From: Candidatus Fraserbacteria bacterium
Lineage (GTDB): Bacteria; Bipolaricaulota; Bipolaricaulia; RBG-16-55-9
Assembly (NCBI GenBank): GCA_037443265.1
Contig: JBBIOR010000030.1
Coordinates: 1-17,332 of the forward strand
DNA length: 17,332 nt
Reading direction: 5' to 3'
Shown one piece after another: positions 15,481 through 17,332 of this stretch. Each line of letters opens with the position of its first letter. Position 1 is the first letter of the stretch. A program made the translations under genes and the position numbers. Under the pieces are notes generated by a model that searched no databases, was not told the origin of the DNA, and was given only the letters and a program-made list of their open reading frames with translations.

Positions 15481-17332
15481 ATGGCACGGCCCGGCATTCA
15501 AGTCAATGAGGTCTTGGAAGGTAGTTGCTGGCCAGAGCCGGTTCGTGTCCTCACGATCCAGGCCATCGGCAGCCTCGTGCAAATAGAAGCTGTGGGCACC
15601 AGAACCCAACAGTTCTACTCCCGTGTTTTGTCACCCCTAGACCTCGCTAGTATCCGACGCATTTCCATAGCTGCTCGGGACTTCCAGGGCAAGGCCGACG
15701 CCTTCTTCTTGACAATAGAGGGCCACCGCATACGCTATGCTCAACAGTTCGATCCGCTATTCGCCGTGAATGTTTCCCAGATCGATCCTCTACCTCACCA
15801 GATCGAAGCCGTCTACTTCTACATCCTCAAGAATCCCAAGATCCGCTTCCTGCTGGCCGATGATCCCGGCGCGGGTAAGACGATCATGGCAGGCTTGCTG
15901 CTCAAAGAACTGAAATACAGGGGTCTCGCGCAGCGAGTGCTCATCGTCGTGCCCGGTCACCTCAAGGATCAATGGATCAGGGAAATGAAAGAACGCTTCG
16001 GTGAATCCTTCCTCAGCGTGGATCGCGGCGTCATGAACGCCACATGGGGACGGAATGTTTGGCAAGAGCATTCACACGTCATCACCTCGATGGATTTCGC
16101 CAAGCAGGACGACGTGATGGCCACACTAGCAGAAGCCAAGTGGGATATTACGATCGTCGATGAGGCCCACAAACTGGCAGCCTATCGCTATGGGGCCAAG
16201 ATCACGAAGCGAGAGCGCTATCGTTTAGGAGAACTTCTTTCACGGACGAGCCAATTCTTGCTGTTCCTGACGGCGACCCCTCACCGCGGTGATCCCGAGA
16301 ACTTCCGCCTCTTTCTCGATCTCTTGGAGCCCGGCTTCTTCGCCTCGACAGATCTATTGGTCAAATCCGTTCAAGATCAGGACAATCCGCTGTTTCTTCG
16401 ACGTCTTAAAGAAGACCTGTGCGACTTCGAGCGCAGGCCGCTCTTCCCCAAGCGACGTGTATATACGGTTAAGTATTACCTCAGTGACGAGGAGAAACAG
16501 CTCTACAACGCGGTCACCACGTATGTCGAGCGCGCGTACAACAAGGCTCTCGCCGCCGAGAAGCGCAATGTCGCGTTCGCGTTGCTCATCTTACAGAGGC
16601 GTTTGGCGTCGAGCCTGCGGGCCGTCCGGCGCTCTCTGGAACGCCGTAAAGCGCGCTTGGGAGAACTCTTACGGTGGGGCCAGTGGCTCGCCGAGAGGGG
16701 AGACATCGACGAAGACGCTCTCGAAGACTCGGAAGAGATCGAGCGCCTCCGTCAGGAAGAAGAGCTGGTAGAACGCCTGACAGCGGCAGAGACCCGCGAA
16801 GAGTTGCAGACGGAGATCTCGCAACTCGAAGAGCTGATCCGTCTGGCCAAGCAGGCCGAGCGTCGTGAGATTGAGCGCAAGCTCGAGGAGCTCCGCAGAG
16901 TCATGGAAGCAAAGCGTGTGCGTCAGACGGGCGAGAAGCTGCTTATCTTCACCGAGTCGCGCGAGACGCTCGATTATTTGGTCGAGAAACTTAAAGCCTG
17001 GGGCTACTCGGTAGTGGCCCTGCACGGCGGGATGAACCTCGACGCGCGCATCCGCGCCGAACATGAGTTTCGCGAGCACGCCCAAGTAATGGTCTCCACC
17101 GAAGCGGGTGGAGAGGGCATCAATCTCCAATTCTGTTCGCTGATGGTCAACTACGACATCCCCTGGAACCCCAACCGCCTGGAGCAACGCATGGGGCGCA
17201 TCCACCGCTACGGCCAGACGAAAGAAGTGCACATCTATAATCTTGTAGCGCTCGATACTCGCGAGGGCAAGGTCCTGGATGCCCTCTTTCGCAAGCTGGC
17301 TCAGATCCAAGAAGCCCTCGGGAGCGATCGGG
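15481..17332 (+). CDS. SNF2-family (SF2) helicase, 3'-truncated by the window; probable defence-associated type
   Basis: GGAGG SD at 15471-15475; frame open to the window end; PLPHQ, RFLLADDPGAGKT (Walker A), IVDEAHKL, LTATPHRG, FLRRLKE, LIFTESRET, STEAGGEGINLQ, NYDIPWNPNRLEQRMGRIHRYGQ. Absent from the ORF track because there is no stop in the window. Confidence 0.93.
   Translation, partial: MARPGIQVNEVLEGSCWPEPVRVLTIQAIGSLVQIEAVGTRTQQFYSRVLSPLDLASIRRISIAARDFQGKADAFFLTIEGHRIRYAQQFDPLFAVNVSQIDPLPHQIEAVYFYILKNPKIRFLLADDPGAGKTIMAGLLLKELKYRGLAQRVLIVVPGHLKDQWIREMKERFGESFLSVDRGVMNATWGRNVWQEHSHVITSMDFAKQDDVMATLAEAKWDITIVDEAHKLAAYRYGAKITKRERYRLGELLSRTSQFLLFLTATPHRGDPENFRLFLDLLEPGFFASTDLLVKSVQDQDNPLFLRRLKEDLCDFERRPLFPKRRVYTVKYYLSDEEKQLYNAVTTYVERAYNKALAAEKRNVAFALLILQRRLASSLRAVRRSLERRKARLGELLRWGQWLAERGDIDEDALEDSEEIERLRQEEELVERLTAAETREELQTEISQLEELIRLAKQAERREIERKLEELRRVMEAKRVRQTGEKLLIFTESRETLDYLVEKLKAWGYSVVALHGGMNLDARIRAEHEFREHAQVMVSTEAGGEGINLQFCSLMVNYDIPWNPNRLEQRMGRIHRYGQTKEVHIYNLVALDTREGKVLDALFRKLAQIQEALGSDR

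Noticed and set aside
16289..17310. Long alternative-frame and antisense ORFs (e.g. 16669-17310, 14698-15267, 8341-8916, 3406-3975)
   Set aside because: They lie wholly within well-supported genes, lack motifs, and are expected in GC-rich DNA.

Overview
GC-rich bacterial chromosomal window, mostly housekeeping. In order: 3' part of a frameshifted 40-aa-repeat TPR gene; tRNA-Gln(CUG) with its own sigma70-type promoter; tilS-rseP (minus; RseP has three PDZ-like domains); a PfpI/DJ-1 gene; a divergent threonine cluster (asd-lysC-hom on minus, thrC plus an ApgM-like gene on plus, no thrB); an MFS remnant and a hairpin-rich intergenic region; mutL; a secreted protein built of ten ~27-aa beta-hairpin-like repeats; a class I aminotransferase; a transposase-like HTH remnant; and a SNF2-type helicase that runs off the window end (missing from the ORF track), probably the start of a defence locus. 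I cannot demonstrate a new system from sequence alone. The best candidates are the beta-repeat protein (13024-13971), the ApgM-like stand-in for homoserine kinase, the helicase locus edge, and the structured region at about 10990-11140. All family assignments come from motif recognition, not database searches.
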